From the NCBI GenBank assembly GCA_964556395.1, contig CAZKVR010000001.1, positions 178,411 to 242,410 of the forward strand: a stretch of DNA of 64,000 bases, read 5' to 3'. A program made the translations under genes and the position numbers. The notes beneath the pieces were generated by a model, which saw only the letters and a list, made by a program, of their open reading frames with translations, was not told the origin of the DNA and did not search any database. Positions within the stretch are counted from its first letter, which is position 1. The number at the start of each line of letters is the position of its first letter. Positions 1-9,693 of the stretch are shown in pieces. The DNA is from an uncultured Methanosarcinales archaeon. GTDB taxonomy: Archaea > Nanobdellota > Nanobdellia > Woesearchaeales > WJKR01.

Positions 1-9
1 CGCGCCGGC

Positions 10-1494
10 GTGGACAAGGCAGTGGAGGATCTCGTCAAGGCGAAGGCCTCCGCCGCAGGCCTAGCGAGCGATGCCGACGACGCGCATAGCACGGCCGCAG
101 GGATGAACCTGTCCTCTGATGGTGTGGACACGAGCCTGGTCGAGACATATTATGAGGAGCTCGACACCGCCATGGTCGACCTCCGGGAGGAGGCGGACGC
201 ACTCATCACGACGTCTAAGGACTTACAGGATGAAATCGGCGATTCGATGAACGACAGCCAGACGTACGACGACTTCTTATCGGCCGTCGACACCCTCGAA
301 TCGGAGATAGACACCAACGAGGAGGACGAGGAGATGCTCCTCAACAGCTTCGACGACGCCATAGGCCTCCTCAAGGTCAGCCTGGATGAGTTGGAGTCGA
401 AGCTCGAGGACGCTGAGGACACCCAGCAGGCGACGCTCGACCGGATCGACGCGCTCCAGGAGGAGGCGGACGCGGTGCTTGAGGACTTGGATGGCTTGAA
501 GTCGTCTCTGGAAGGCCTCATCGCCAACATCGACCGGCTCGAGGTGACGTCGAGCGAGACCATCACCAACCCCATCACGACGACTATAGAGCACATCACG
601 AGCCGCAACAGCAAGCTCACCTACATGTTCCCCTACCTCCTCATGCTCGTCGCCATGTTCGTCGGACTGCTCTTGTCGGGCACGCTCATCATGATGGAGA
701 AGAATTCGAAGTCCTCGTTCAGGACGTTCTGCACCCCTACCAAGGAGGAGCTCCTCATGCTGGGCAACTTCCTCACCTCGTTCATCGTCGTACTCGTCCA
801 GATGGTGATTATCGTCGGCATCGCGTACTATTTCATCGGCGACAGCCTGCTCGGCAACGTGCCGGTCTCGTTGCTCATCGTCGTCCTCGGCGTCGTCGTG
901 TTCATCATACTCGGCATGGCGCTCGGCTACCTGCTCAGCTCCCAGGAAGCCGTGACGATGATCTCTATCAGCTTGGCGAGCGTGTTCCTCTTCCTCTCAA
1001 ACCTCATACTCCCTCTTGAGACTTTGAGCCGGCAGCTGCAGCAGGCGGTGTCGTTCAACCCGTACGTCATCACGTCGGAGGCTTTGCGCAAGGCGTTGTT
1101 GTTCCACACCAAGCAGAGCAAGCTCAACGCCGAGCTCTGGACCCTCGTCGGCTACAGCGTGGCGGTGTTCGTGCTGCTCGTCCTCGTGAGAGAGCTGATG
1201 CGGAGCAAGATCTCCAGGCGGCTCACCTTCGCGCGCAACGCGCGCCTGTTCGACGATCCGAGCGAGCTCTACCTCCACATCCAGGGCAAGGATATCAGGA
1301 ACCTCCGCGAGCTCATGGAATGGTTGGAAGCCGTTGATGACAAGACGTTCCGGGAGCACTTGGCGTGGCACGACCTCCGGGCGTGGCTGAAGAAGAATAA
1401 GATGCGGAAGATGCTCCGCGTCAAGCTGGCGGGCAAGACACGTCAGCAGATGGTCGACATCCTCGAGAAGGAGGTCGAGAAGCGGAAGCGTTGA
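10..1494 (+). CDS. ABC-2 type transporter permease (5' truncated by window edge) with long acidic coiled-coil loop and C-terminal cytoplasmic DUF5752-like domain
   Basis: Acidic heptad region, then multiple TM segments with ABC-2 features (MFPYLLMLVAMF, MEKNSK..FRTF.TP, FLSNLILPLETL, NPYVI.SEALR). Tail GKDIRNLRELMEWLEAVDDKTFREHL..HDLRAWL resembles DUF5752. Confidence 0.75.
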   Translation: MDKAVEDLVKAKASAAGLASDADDAHSTAAGMNLSSDGVDTSLVETYYEELDTAMVDLREEADALITTSKDLQDEIGDSMNDSQTYDDFLSAVDTLESEIDTNEEDEEMLLNSFDDAIGLLKVSLDELESKLEDAEDTQQATLDRIDALQEEADAVLEDLDGLKSSLEGLIANIDRLEVTSSETITNPITTTIEHITSRNSKLTYMFPYLLMLVAMFVGLLLSGTLIMMEKNSKSSFRTFCTPTKEELLMLGNFLTSFIVVLVQMVIIVGIAYYFIGDSLLGNVPVSLLIVVLGVVVFIILGMALGYLLSSQEAVTMISISLASVFLFLSNLILPLETLSRQLQQAVSFNPYVITSEALRKALLFHTKQSKLNAELWTLVGYSVAVFVLLVLVRELMRSKISRRLTFARNARLFDDPSELYLHIQGKDIRNLRELMEWLEAVDDKTFREHLAWHDLRAWLKKNKMRKMLRVKLAGKTRQQMVDILEKEVEKRKR

Positions 1495-1514
1495 AATACG
1501 GAGAGCGGTGGTTT

Positions 1515-2021
1515 ATGAGGATCGCTGGCAAGGATGTGGAGTTCTACTGGAAGGCTATACGGATACCGTTGCTCATACTCGTGGCGTGGCACGTCGCCAG
1601 CCTCTTGGCGGGCGTCTTCTGGTTCGAAACGGTCTATCAGCAGGTCTTCACGAACGCGCTCGTCGGCAACGTGGTGCCGTTGGCGTTGTTCATCGTGGCG
1701 GGCTACCTCGCCGTGGCGGAACACCAGGCGGAGAACCGCCAGGCGACGTGGAGTGGTGCCTTGACTGGATTGCTCGGCGGGGCTGCGGCCGCCATCGTAG
1801 GCATCTTGGCTATCAAGCTCACGCCCGTGCTGGAGTGGAGCGTGGAGCAGGCGTTGGCGCAGGCCGCCGCATCGGGACAGGCGGTCGATAGGGGGATGGT
1901 CCGGGGCCTCACGAGGGTCATGATGACTATAGGGCTCGTCCTGTCACCGTTCATCAGCGCCTTGATAGGCGCCTTGGCCGGGTGGGTCGGAGGCCTCTTG
2001 GCGCGCAAAGTGGAGAAATAG
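1515..2021 (+). CDS. Hypothetical 4-TM membrane protein
   Basis: Four hydrophobic Gly/Ala-rich segments; ATG at 1515 chosen within ORF 1491..2021. Confidence 0.7.
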   Translation: MRIAGKDVEFYWKAIRIPLLILVAWHVASLLAGVFWFETVYQQVFTNALVGNVVPLALFIVAGYLAVAEHQAENRQATWSGALTGLLGGAAAAIVGILAIKLTPVLEWSVEQALAQAAASGQAVDRGMVRGLTRVMMTIGLVLSPFISALIGALAGWVGGLLARKVEK

Positions 2022-2026
2022 GTTCT

Positions 2027-3205
2027 TCATTCGTCGAGGTCGTCGAGGTCTTCGATGTCCTCCAATGAGAACAGTTCGTCCTCTTCGGCTTCCACCTTCT
2101 CTTCCTTCTTGACCGAGACCGATTTCTTGCCGGTGTCCTCGTCCGTCGTGGCGGTGACTGTGGTCTTGGACTCGACGGGCGGGTCTTCCTTCTTCGCGGC
2201 GGGCTCTTCCTTGCCTGACTCCTTGGCGGGCTTGGCCTCGTCGGGGTCGACATCCTTCTCAAGCTCGTACGCTACGAACTCTAGCCTTCCGAACGCCTCG
2301 TTGTTCTTCACCTTGCCGCGGGCCTTGACGACGATGCCTAGCAGGTCGGTCTTGGCGTCCTCAAACGCTCCTCCTTGGTCTTTCATCTTGAGGAGTTCGT
2401 CCCTGTTCTTGCCGAGCAGAGCTTCTATCTGCTCCCGCCAGAGCACGCACCGGATGTTGTCCGTGCTGTCGTCGAGGTAGAGGTTCATGACGTAGTTGTA
2501 CGTCGGCTCCACCTCGCCGTGCCGGGGGCAGGTGTGCTTGCCGTCCTCTTCCTTTGCCCGCGCGTTGCACTCGGGGCAGACTGCGAAGAAGTGTGGGTCG
2601 AAGACCTGTACGATGGTGGCGACGATGACCGCGTTGCCGTCGTCTTCGGAGAGCTCTGCGATCTGCTTCACCTCCGCCGGCGGCCTGGAGGATTGCGTGA
2701 CGTCGACGTCCACCGTCACTCCTTCCGGGTTGACCTGTAGCTTGGCGTCGCTGCCGAGGTGTAGCTCTGTCCGGCCGTTGTTCTCGCGGACGTAGGCCCC
2801 TTGGATGCGGATGACGTCGCCTTGCTTGATGTCTGAGAGCTGGTCGGCCTGGTCGTTCCACAACACCACGCGGGTGACGCCGGTCTCGTCCTGGAGTAGG
2901 AAGTTGCCTACCTTGCCGCTGCGGCGCTCGTTGGAGAACTCCCTGACTTCGAAGACCTGCCGCGCCTTGCCTTTTATGATGAGGTTTCGCATGCCTGAGG
3001 CGAGCTTGTCGATGGTGAGGGGCTTGTCAGGGTCTTGGAGCTTGACGTCGTGCTCGTTCGCGATGATGTGAGCCGCGCCCTCTTCTGAGATGAGTCCTGA
3101 GAGCTCTTCGAGCTTCTGGCTGATCTTCTCCCTCACCTGGGCTTCGGTGAGGTCTGTCTCTTCGGTGATGCGTTCGATGATGGTGTCGAGCGGGAGGTCT
3201 ATCAT
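2027..3205 (-). CDS. rpa: Replication protein A (ssDNA-binding, OB folds plus Zn finger)
   Basis: GLISEEGAAHIIA N-terminus; OB motifs DETG.TRVVLW and DDSTDNIRCVLW; CPEC...CPRHG zinc finger; acidic tail. Confidence 0.9.
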   Translation of the reverse strand: MIDLPLDTIIERITEETDLTEAQVREKISQKLEELSGLISEEGAAHIIANEHDVKLQDPDKPLTIDKLASGMRNLIIKGKARQVFEVREFSNERRSGKVGNFLLQDETGVTRVVLWNDQADQLSDIKQGDVIRIQGAYVRENNGRTELHLGSDAKLQVNPEGVTVDVDVTQSSRPPAEVKQIAELSEDDGNAVIVATIVQVFDPHFFAVCPECNARAKEEDGKHTCPRHGEVEPTYNYVMNLYLDDSTDNIRCVLWREQIEALLGKNRDELLKMKDQGGAFEDAKTDLLGIVVKARGKVKNNEAFGRLEFVAYELEKDVDPDEAKPAKESGKEEPAAKKEDPPVESKTTVTATTDEDTGKKSVSVKKEEKVEAEEDELFSLEDIEDLDDLDE

Positions 3206-3253
3206 GGGTATCGGGTTGCCGGAACGAGCGGAGATTTATATAGTTTGTGTGGT

Positions 3254-3283
3254 CCGACCAGGTCATTTTTCCGACCTGCTCGG
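3254..3283 (-). terminator. Candidate stem-loop just 3' of the pilin-like operon
   Basis: CCGA-C-CAGGTC / GACCTG-C-TCGG inverted repeat with 8-nt loop, immediately beyond the stop codon at 3286. Confidence 0.35.
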
Positions 3284-3285
3284 TC

Positions 3286-6231
3286 TCAGGTGAGTTTGTT
3301 GTAGTCCAGGATGGCTTGGGCTTTGAAGGGGTCCGGGTCTATCTCGAGTCCGTGGAGGTGGTCCAAAGGTTGTATGAGGGCTGGGGCTGTCATCGTGGAT
3401 AACTGGGGTGTGAGGGTGTAGCGGTTGTAGGTGTGGTTGTACTGGCCCGCGCCGTCTACCGGTACGACGGCGACGCTTACCGATCCTCGACCGACGGGTT
3501 CTTCTCCGCAGTTGAGGAGTGGTATGCGGAACTCGTAACCGCTGAAAGAGCTTGTCGTGAACGGTTGGCCGTCGCTTCTCGTGATGGTGTGGGTGAGCGC
3601 TTCTTGCGGTAGAGGCCCGCTCGCGGGCAGGCCTGACGTTGAACAGTATACGCGGTAGCTCTCGATGTCCGGGACATCGTCGCCGTCGTCGTAGCGCGTG
3701 GCGGCTTCCCATGAGATGAAGTATGCTGATATCTTGGGGAGGTATGTGGATGACAGGCTTTCCACGGGCGGCGGGATTTGGTCACGGAGCGTGAGGGCGA
3801 ACCTCGTGGGGTTTTCTTCCAGCGTGCAGAATGAGTGCGAGGAAACGTATGGCTTCCAGCCAGTCTCTCCTTCCCGCCGGCCGTAGGCCAGTCCTTGCTT
3901 GAGCCTTGTGAAGACTAGTGGCTCGTCCTCGTGCAAGTCTTGGTTTTTCAAGCGTTCTTTTCCGTCGGCTGCCCGTATGGTGATGTCGACTTCTTCCGAG
4001 CCTTCTTTGAAACGGAGAGAGATGTTGGCACGGGCCGGTCGTTCCGGGTCTTTGAGGTAGCGGTCCATCTCCTCTCCAGGGAGCATGAGCATAGGTCCGG
4101 ATGGTTGTGGGGACCAGGGCCAGAGTCTTTGTAGGAAGTTGGCAGGGGTGTCGGTCTCCACCCATACGCCGGTGCTGTTGATGACTATCTCGTAGTTCGT
4201 CGTCGGTGCTTCTGCTGGCGCTTCGAGTTCGCAAGTGGTGTCTGGTTGGGCTTGTAGGCAACCGGACAGTTGTCCGAGGATTGTTTGGGCGTGCGTTGGT
4301 TGGAAGCAGTCTTCCGTGAGGTTGTAGCCGTCCTTGGTGGTACGATTGTGTTCTGCGAGCGCTTGTCCGAGGCATGCTTTGGTGTCGTCAGTGCATGCCT
4401 GCGCTTCCTTGGCGAACCTCTCGAATGATTGGAATCGTTCGAGGTCTATAGGTATGGGTTTTTCGAAGTGCGCTTGGAAGGAGTATGTTCCCGGATACGT
4501 GCCTTCCCCTTCCTTGTTGAACTGTGCGGCATTCCCGCCGAAGAACTCGTAGAGTGTCATGACGTCTTCGACGAAGTCCGGGTCGGCCCATGGTTCGCAC
4601 TTGCCGGTGTTGTAGCGCCTGGCGGCTATCTCGTAGGGTTGTGTGTACGTCTCCTTGACGCAGATGTCCTGGTCGAAATTCTGCCCACAGCACTCCCATG
4701 AGATGGGTTTCTTCGTGGCGAGTTCCGCGACGAGGCTCGCTCCGCAACAGATGTTCTTGTCGGGGTCGAAGTAGTCTTCCTTGTCAAGGTCCTTTGAGAA
4801 GTCGCATTCCGGGACGCACCTTGATTCGTGGTGGTAGCTGGGTATTATCTGCATGAGTCCTAGGGCTCCCGTAGGGCTCTCAGCGTCCGCTATACCTCTC
4901 GACTCGTGGGCTATGAAAGCTTTGAGGATTGCTGGTTCGAGTCCTTGACGGGCCGCATGCTCTTTGATGGAGTCATCGTAATCTTCGAGTCGTTCCTCCA
5001 CTTTGGGCGTGACGCTGGATGTGTAGTCCTTGGCGGGCGCGTTAGTCCTCCCAGGGCTAGCTTCTTGCGCTTCAGTATATGGTATCTTTTCCGGTTGGTT
5101 CTTGATGGCTGTGTTGATGCGGCTACGGTAGTCTTTGAGTTTTCGTTCGAAAGCTGGTCCGGGGTCGGTCTTGTCGTCCGTGATGTCTGAGTGCATGACG
5201 AGCGCTTCTTCGCTGAGGACTTCTTGGTCGTCGAGCAGGTTTTCGTGACGTCTTGTGAGGTCTGCGACGAGCTTGACGAAGCTCTCTATCTGCTCTTCAG
5301 TATATGGTTCCCAGCACTGTTCGTCGTCGACGTTGGCGCATGAGGGGTTCCTCCCTTCGCATTCTTTCTTGTAGCCGCAGTTGACGAAGCTGATGCCGAT
5401 GCTGGGTTGGTTCGAACCCGGACGCTTGCAGTTCTCATCGTCCCGCTTGCAACCGGCGTGGTAGGCCGCTTTGTCTTCTGGTACGTGTTGTTGGACCGTG
5501 CCATCATGGTCTATGATGTAGTGGTAGCTGAAGCCTGCGTCCTGCAGAGTCCTGACGGCTCCTTCTAACGTGCCTGAAGCGGTGTAGTGCACGACTACGA
5601 AATCGACGTCATTTCCTCCTCGCCCGCCGAGGTTGAGGGGTGCGCCTCTCTGGGCGGCGTAGTGGTCGGGGGTGAAGGCGTCTCCGGCCAGGCTCATCAT
5701 CTGGTCTCCTCCGCCGGTGAATCGTATGGTGGCTGGTGAGGAACCCCTGGCAGTGAGTTTGGTGGCCCCTGGTATCGTGGCGGTCTCTAGTGCGAAGGAG
5801 GGATAGTGGTAGGTGTCTTGGGCGTTGAGCTTGAGGAATAGGATAGCCCTGAAGGCTGTCTTGAGGTTGTCTTCGAAGTCCGGGATGCAGTTTTTTTCGG
5901 GCACGCTCCATAGGGGTGTGTCGAGGTAGGTGTCGCAGGGGTACGCTCCGCCTTCGTAGTCTTTCTGGAGTCCTCCTCGGGCTCGGAACCGTTCGGCGGC
6001 TTCGATGGATGATTGCCGTGCGGCTTCGTCGAGGTAGGTGAGCGCTTTCTGGGCTTCATCCTCTGCTTGTAGGATTGCGAATTGGGCGCTTCCGAGCGGT
6101 CGGTCGCTGACGACGAGCTTCTCCGCTTGCGTGGTGATGAGGATGCTCATGACGGTTATGAATATGGCGAGCGCTAGTAGGAAGTGGAAGTTGAGCCCTT
6201 TTTTTGTTCGTCTCATCTTGCTATTCCTCAC
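3286..6231 (-). CDS. Class III signal peptide protein with N-acetylmuramoyl-L-alanine amidase (Amidase_2) domain, lytic transglycosylase (SLT) domain and C-terminal FN3-like region
   Basis: N-terminus RRTKKG|LNFHFLLALAIF. Amidase motifs VVVHYTA, SYHYIIDHDG, AYHAG, SIGIS, MHSDI, KTDPG (~5150-5610). SLT motifs FIAHES, GALGLMQI, RRYNTG (~4550-4985). Start may be ATG 6216. Confidence 0.88.
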   Translation of the reverse strand: MRNSKMRRTKKGLNFHFLLALAIFITVMSILITTQAEKLVVSDRPLGSAQFAILQAEDEAQKALTYLDEAARQSSIEAAERFRARGGLQKDYEGGAYPCDTYLDTPLWSVPEKNCIPDFEDNLKTAFRAILFLKLNAQDTYHYPSFALETATIPGATKLTARGSSPATIRFTGGGDQMMSLAGDAFTPDHYAAQRGAPLNLGGRGGNDVDFVVVHYTASGTLEGAVRTLQDAGFSYHYIIDHDGTVQQHVPEDKAAYHAGCKRDDENCKRPGSNQPSIGISFVNCGYKKECEGRNPSCANVDDEQCWEPYTEEQIESFVKLVADLTRRHENLLDDQEVLSEEALVMHSDITDDKTDPGPAFERKLKDYRSRINTAIKNQPEKIPYTEAQEASPGRTNAPAKDYTSSVTPKVEERLEDYDDSIKEHAARQGLEPAILKAFIAHESRGIADAESPTGALGLMQIIPSYHHESRCVPECDFSKDLDKEDYFDPDKNICCGASLVAELATKKPISWECCGQNFDQDICVKETYTQPYEIAARRYNTGKCEPWADPDFVEDVMTLYEFFGGNAAQFNKEGEGTYPGTYSFQAHFEKPIPIDLERFQSFERFAKEAQACTDDTKACLGQALAEHNRTTKDGYNLTEDCFQPTHAQTILGQLSGCLQAQPDTTCELEAPAEAPTTNYEIVINSTGVWVETDTPANFLQRLWPWSPQPSGPMLMLPGEEMDRYLKDPERPARANISLRFKEGSEEVDITIRAADGKERLKNQDLHEDEPLVFTRLKQGLAYGRREGETGWKPYVSSHSFCTLEENPTRFALTLRDQIPPPVESLSSTYLPKISAYFISWEAATRYDDGDDVPDIESYRVYCSTSGLPASGPLPQEALTHTITRSDGQPFTTSSFSGYEFRIPLLNCGEEPVGRGSVSVAVVPVDGAGQYNHTYNRYTLTPQLSTMTAPALIQPLDHLHGLEIDPDPFKAQAILDYNKLT

Positions 6232-6758
6232 AATGGCGTATAAACACTGATGAAAAACCTTGCCTTGTTCGCGTAGGTGACGCCTACCAGGAGGTGTACC
6301 TCGACTAGTCCGCCGTCCCTGGCAGGGAGGGTTGCTTGCGCTACGGTTCTCTTGTCGCCTTTTGCAGGCCCTGCGATCTCGAGCGTGTCCTCCCCTGTGT
6401 TCTCTGCTTCGTATGGGTAGTTGATGACGAGGCTCCAGGGGGTCTCGCTCCCTAGCTCTTCGCTGAAGTGTTGTCCGGCCCAGTGCTTGAGTAGTTCTGG
6501 GGCGTGCTTGTTCTCGGTGTCGGTGATGACTTGCGCGGCGGTGGTGTGGGAGAGTTCGGATGTGAGGAATTCGTTCAGGCTTCTGCTCATCTTGTGTTCG
6601 AAAGAGCTGGTCCGGTAGGTGCCGATGCTTTGCGACTCGCTGGCTTGGTAGGCGGCTATGATTATGAGTAGTGTGATGAGCATGATGACTAGTGCGAAGA
6701 GGTCGTCTGCGAACTCGTCCAGGAGTCCTCGTCTGCGGTTGCGGCGTGGTGGTGTCAT
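6228..6758 (-). CDS. Pilin-like protein (class III signal peptide)
   Basis: RRRG|LLDEF followed by a hydrophobic helix; stop overlaps next start (GTGA). Confidence 0.7.
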   Translation of the reverse strand: MTPPRRNRRRGLLDEFADDLFALVIMLITLLIIIAAYQASESQSIGTYRTSSFEHKMSRSLNEFLTSELSHTTAAQVITDTENKHAPELLKHWAGQHFSEELGSETPWSLVINYPYEAENTGEDTLEIAGPAKGDKRTVAQATLPARDGGLVEVHLLVGVTYANKARFFISVYTPL

Positions 6759-6765
6759 TCGCTGT

Positions 6766-7242
6766 TCACCAGGGGTTGACGTGTATGATGATGGTTGCTT
6801 GGCGTTCTTCTTCGTCTTCTCGGAGGGCGACTTCCTGTTTGAAGGTCGTCGTTGAGGATCTTTCGCCGGTCCAGGGTGTCGTGTGTAGTGAGCTCGGCCT
6901 GCTGGCCTCGGGGTCTATGATGGTGACTTTGACGGGCACTAGCTTGTACGGCGGTTCGGTCGAGAGTGTCGAGCACTTTTCGAGGTGTTCCTGGTCGAGC
7001 TTGGTGACGTCGAGGACTCTGTGGTCGATCCTGCCTGATGGTTGTTCGTAGGCGAAGCAGAGGTGGTTGTTGAGCAGTTGTTCGGCGTAGAGGGTCATCT
7101 GGAGGTCTCGGATCCGGTCCTTGTCTACGCTCGCTGTGTTGAGGGTGAAGAGCACGAGGAATATCCCTATGACTAGTATGAAGATGGTTTTGAAGACTGA
7201 GAGGAACTTCCTTGCAGTGAGGTATTGCCCTTTGCGGTCCAT
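6766..7242 (-). CDS. Pilin-like protein (class III signal peptide)
   Basis: MDRKG|QYLT then hydrophobic helix; Cys pair in head domain. Confidence 0.75.
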   Translation of the reverse strand: MDRKGQYLTARKFLSVFKTIFILVIGIFLVLFTLNTASVDKDRIRDLQMTLYAEQLLNNHLCFAYEQPSGRIDHRVLDVTKLDQEHLEKCSTLSTEPPYKLVPVKVTIIDPEASRPSSLHTTPWTGERSSTTTFKQEVALREDEEERQATIIIHVNPW

Positions 7243-8117
7243 CAGGATTCCACCTCTTCTTCACCGAGGTGCGCCCATGCTTCCGCGATTGAACTGAGGA
7301 ACCGGTTTTGATCTAAGGCGTCTGCTTGGTCTTTGGTGAACGCTAGTTCTATCCTTACTTCGTAGCTTTCGGTCTCTGCTCCTTTTTCTTCTTTGAGCGC
7401 GAGGCTGGTTCCTTGTAGTTCTTTTTTGAGCGTGCAGTAGAGGTGCTGGTAGGCTTGTTCTCGAGCCCCTTCGGCTTCCGGCCTTTTGAAGGTGAGTCTT
7501 CCGTCGTCGTCTGGCTCGCGCGATGTCAGCTTGAGGGCGAGGAATGACCCTTGGTTTCCGGCGAGTCCTTCGTCCTCGAGGTGTTTTGCGTTGAGGACGT
7601 CCGCCATGGCTTTGAGTTCGCTCTTCGTAAAGGCTGCTCCGGTGGTGGCGGTTCCTGCTTGCGCCCGGATGGTGTGCTCTCCTTCCGTACTCGGCATCGG
7701 GGGGCATTCGGTGTCCATAGCGGTTATGGTGTCTTCCTTCCCGAAGGATATGGTTCTTGAGTGCTTGGTGAGGTGTACGACGTCGCTTGCTTCTCCTTCC
7801 TTGTACGTCATGTCTTCGAGGGGCCTGTATGGTTGTGTCTGGGTGACTCCGCTACGGGTGTTCCTCACGGTCACCGCGTCCCGTTCCAGGCTTGCTTCGA
7901 AGTCTTCTTCGAGGGGGTATCGTATCGTGACGTCTCCTGGTACCGCTTGCGTGGCTTCTATGAGTAGTGCGAGGTCGTGGCTGTAGAAGTCTGCGAGGTA
8001 TCGGTGTTGTGTGTCGGCGTCTGCCGCCGCGGCTATGAAGATGGTGAGCGCTACGGCTACGATGGTGATGCTGATTATTATGAGGTTGAGCCTTTCGGAT
8101 CCTTTCTTGCTTGCCAT
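7242..8117 (-). CDS. Pilin-like protein (class III signal peptide)
   Basis: Start re-called at ATG 8117: MASKKG|SERLNLIIISITIVAV. Confidence 0.75.
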   Translation of the reverse strand: MASKKGSERLNLIIISITIVAVALTIFIAAAADADTQHRYLADFYSHDLALLIEATQAVPGDVTIRYPLEEDFEASLERDAVTVRNTRSGVTQTQPYRPLEDMTYKEGEASDVVHLTKHSRTISFGKEDTITAMDTECPPMPSTEGEHTIRAQAGTATTGAAFTKSELKAMADVLNAKHLEDEGLAGNQGSFLALKLTSREPDDDGRLTFKRPEAEGAREQAYQHLYCTLKKELQGTSLALKEEKGAETESYEVRIELAFTKDQADALDQNRFLSSIAEAWAHLGEEEVES

Positions 8118-8128
8118 GAGTATCCTCG

Positions 8129-9223
8129 CTAGTCTTCCGGCGGGTAGTCCATGCCTGCTTCTTCGCAAAAGCTGATGCAGGTTTCTCGTATGAGATCCTC
8201 TTCGTCTCCCGTGCACTCGTTGCACTTGTATTCTGCGAGTCCGTCTGGCGCTATGAATTCTCCGTCCGGGCCTTTGACGAGGCTTGGCTGGTAGGCCACT
8301 TCGTAGGCTGCTATGCGGTCGAGGCATTCTCTCGTGAGGCAGACCGCAATCCGTCCTTGCTCGAGCTTGGCGATGGTGGTGGGGAATGATTCTGGTAGGA
8401 AGTCGTAATGGCCGTAGGTGAACGGCCTGTCTTTCTTCTCGCGGGCGCGGTAGATGAGGAATCCGTTCTCGTGGATGAGGAAGGGTAGTTCTTTCTTTTT
8501 TGTTGACTCGAGTATGTTGAAAAGGGGATTGTCAGCTTCCTCCGGTCGTTGTTTGAAGTCGAAGGCTGTGAGCGGCGTGGCTATCGTGGCTCCAGATACC
8601 TGTTCGCATTGGACTCGCTCGCACTCGAGCGTGGCTTGCTCGTCGAGTCCGCGGAGGTATGCTTCTTGCCACAAATCGTTGGTATACAGTGGTTGTAGTG
8701 GTTCTCCTATGTCGACGTCGAGTCCTTCCTTGTAGTCTTCCGCGACGGTGGTGTTGATGCTGGCTCCTTCGCAGAGGCAGAGGCAGGTCTCCTCTTCGGC
8801 GCATTCACCCGGTCTTTTGAAGTGGAGGGCGTCTTGATAACCTCCACTCGTCTCCTTGCCGGGCGTGGTGAACGTGGATTTATCCCAGGCTTTGTTGAGT
8901 ATGAGGTGTAGGTCTCCGTCCCCTAACCGTCCGTTGCGCTCTTCCTCCTCCATGCGTGGGTTGAGCCCTATGAGGGCGTTTCCTGGATCAAGGTCGACCT
9001 GGGGTGTTTGTATGGCTCCTTTGGGTTCGTCGGCTATGGCTGCGACCTGCTGGTGGAATGTTCGGAAATCCTCCTCGTTCCCGCGGTTCCTGGAGAGTTC
9101 GCTCCCTATCAGGCTGAAGGGTGCTATGAGGATGACTGCTCCTATGATTATCCCTATCAGGGTTTGCAGCATGAGGCCTCTCTTGTCGAGTCTCACCCGT
9201 CCTCCATAAGCCTTCCTGCTCAT
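8129..9223 (-). CDS. Pilin-like protein (class III signal peptide) with Cys-rich head
   Basis: LDKRG|LMLQTLIGIIIGAVIL; C..CLCLC motif. Start ATG 9223 (ATGA overlap) or GTG 9196 with GGAGG upstream. Confidence 0.75.
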   Translation of the reverse strand: MSRKAYGGRVRLDKRGLMLQTLIGIIIGAVILIAPFSLIGSELSRNRGNEEDFRTFHQQVAAIADEPKGAIQTPQVDLDPGNALIGLNPRMEEEERNGRLGDGDLHLILNKAWDKSTFTTPGKETSGGYQDALHFKRPGECAEEETCLCLCEGASINTTVAEDYKEGLDVDIGEPLQPLYTNDLWQEAYLRGLDEQATLECERVQCEQVSGATIATPLTAFDFKQRPEEADNPLFNILESTKKKELPFLIHENGFLIYRAREKKDRPFTYGHYDFLPESFPTTIAKLEQGRIAVCLTRECLDRIAAYEVAYQPSLVKGPDGEFIAPDGLAEYKCNECTGDEEDLIRETCISFCEEAGMDYPPED

Positions 9224-9645
9224 GAGTTCTCCCTTGCTCTTTTCTTCTCGTAGCTTTCTTTCAGCGCCTTGGCGCAGCCCTCCTCTTCCAGGATGCAGAC
9301 TTGCTTGCCGGTCGAGGATTCTTTCTTCAGGGTGATTTCGTAGTCGAGGTCTCCGGTATCGAAGTGGTCGCAACTTCCGTCACGCGGGTCTCCGAAGTAG
9401 TAGTAGTCTCTGCCGTCCTCGGCCGTTATCACTTCTTGCCCTGAGACGCAAGGGCTGTCGTCATTGAAGTCCTTGATGCCATCTCCATCGTAGTCGCTGC
9501 TCACCGATTCGATGTAGCCGCTCAGGACGTTGTCCACGCTTCCTCCCGTCTTCTTCACTAATACGAGCATGACGATAGCGAAGACTGCGAGTATGATGAG
9601 TCCTATCATGAGGTTCGAGACTTTGTCTCCTTTCTTTCCGCGCAT
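9220..9645 (-). CDS. Pilin-like protein with DxDGDG Ca-binding-like loop
   Basis: MRGKKG|DKVSNLMIGLIILAVF; DYDGDGIKDFNDDSPC resembles a thrombospondin type 3-like acidic repeat. Confidence 0.75.
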   Translation of the reverse strand: MRGKKGDKVSNLMIGLIILAVFAIVMLVLVKKTGGSVDNVLSGYIESVSSDYDGDGIKDFNDDSPCVSGQEVITAEDGRDYYYFGDPRDGSCDHFDTGDLDYEITLKKESSTGKQVCILEEEGCAKALKESYEKKRARENS

Positions 9646-9693
9646 GTCGGCATCAACTCCTGTTGGTTTTCTTTTTTGTGGCTGTGGAGGCGT

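Noticed and set aside
3286-6231. Amidase/SLT gene as bacterial or prophage contamination (endolysin)
   Set aside because: It has an archaeal class III signal, overlaps the upstream pilin gene (GTGA), sits next to archaeal RPA, shows similar codon style, and no phage genes are present. Read-level confirmation is still advisable.
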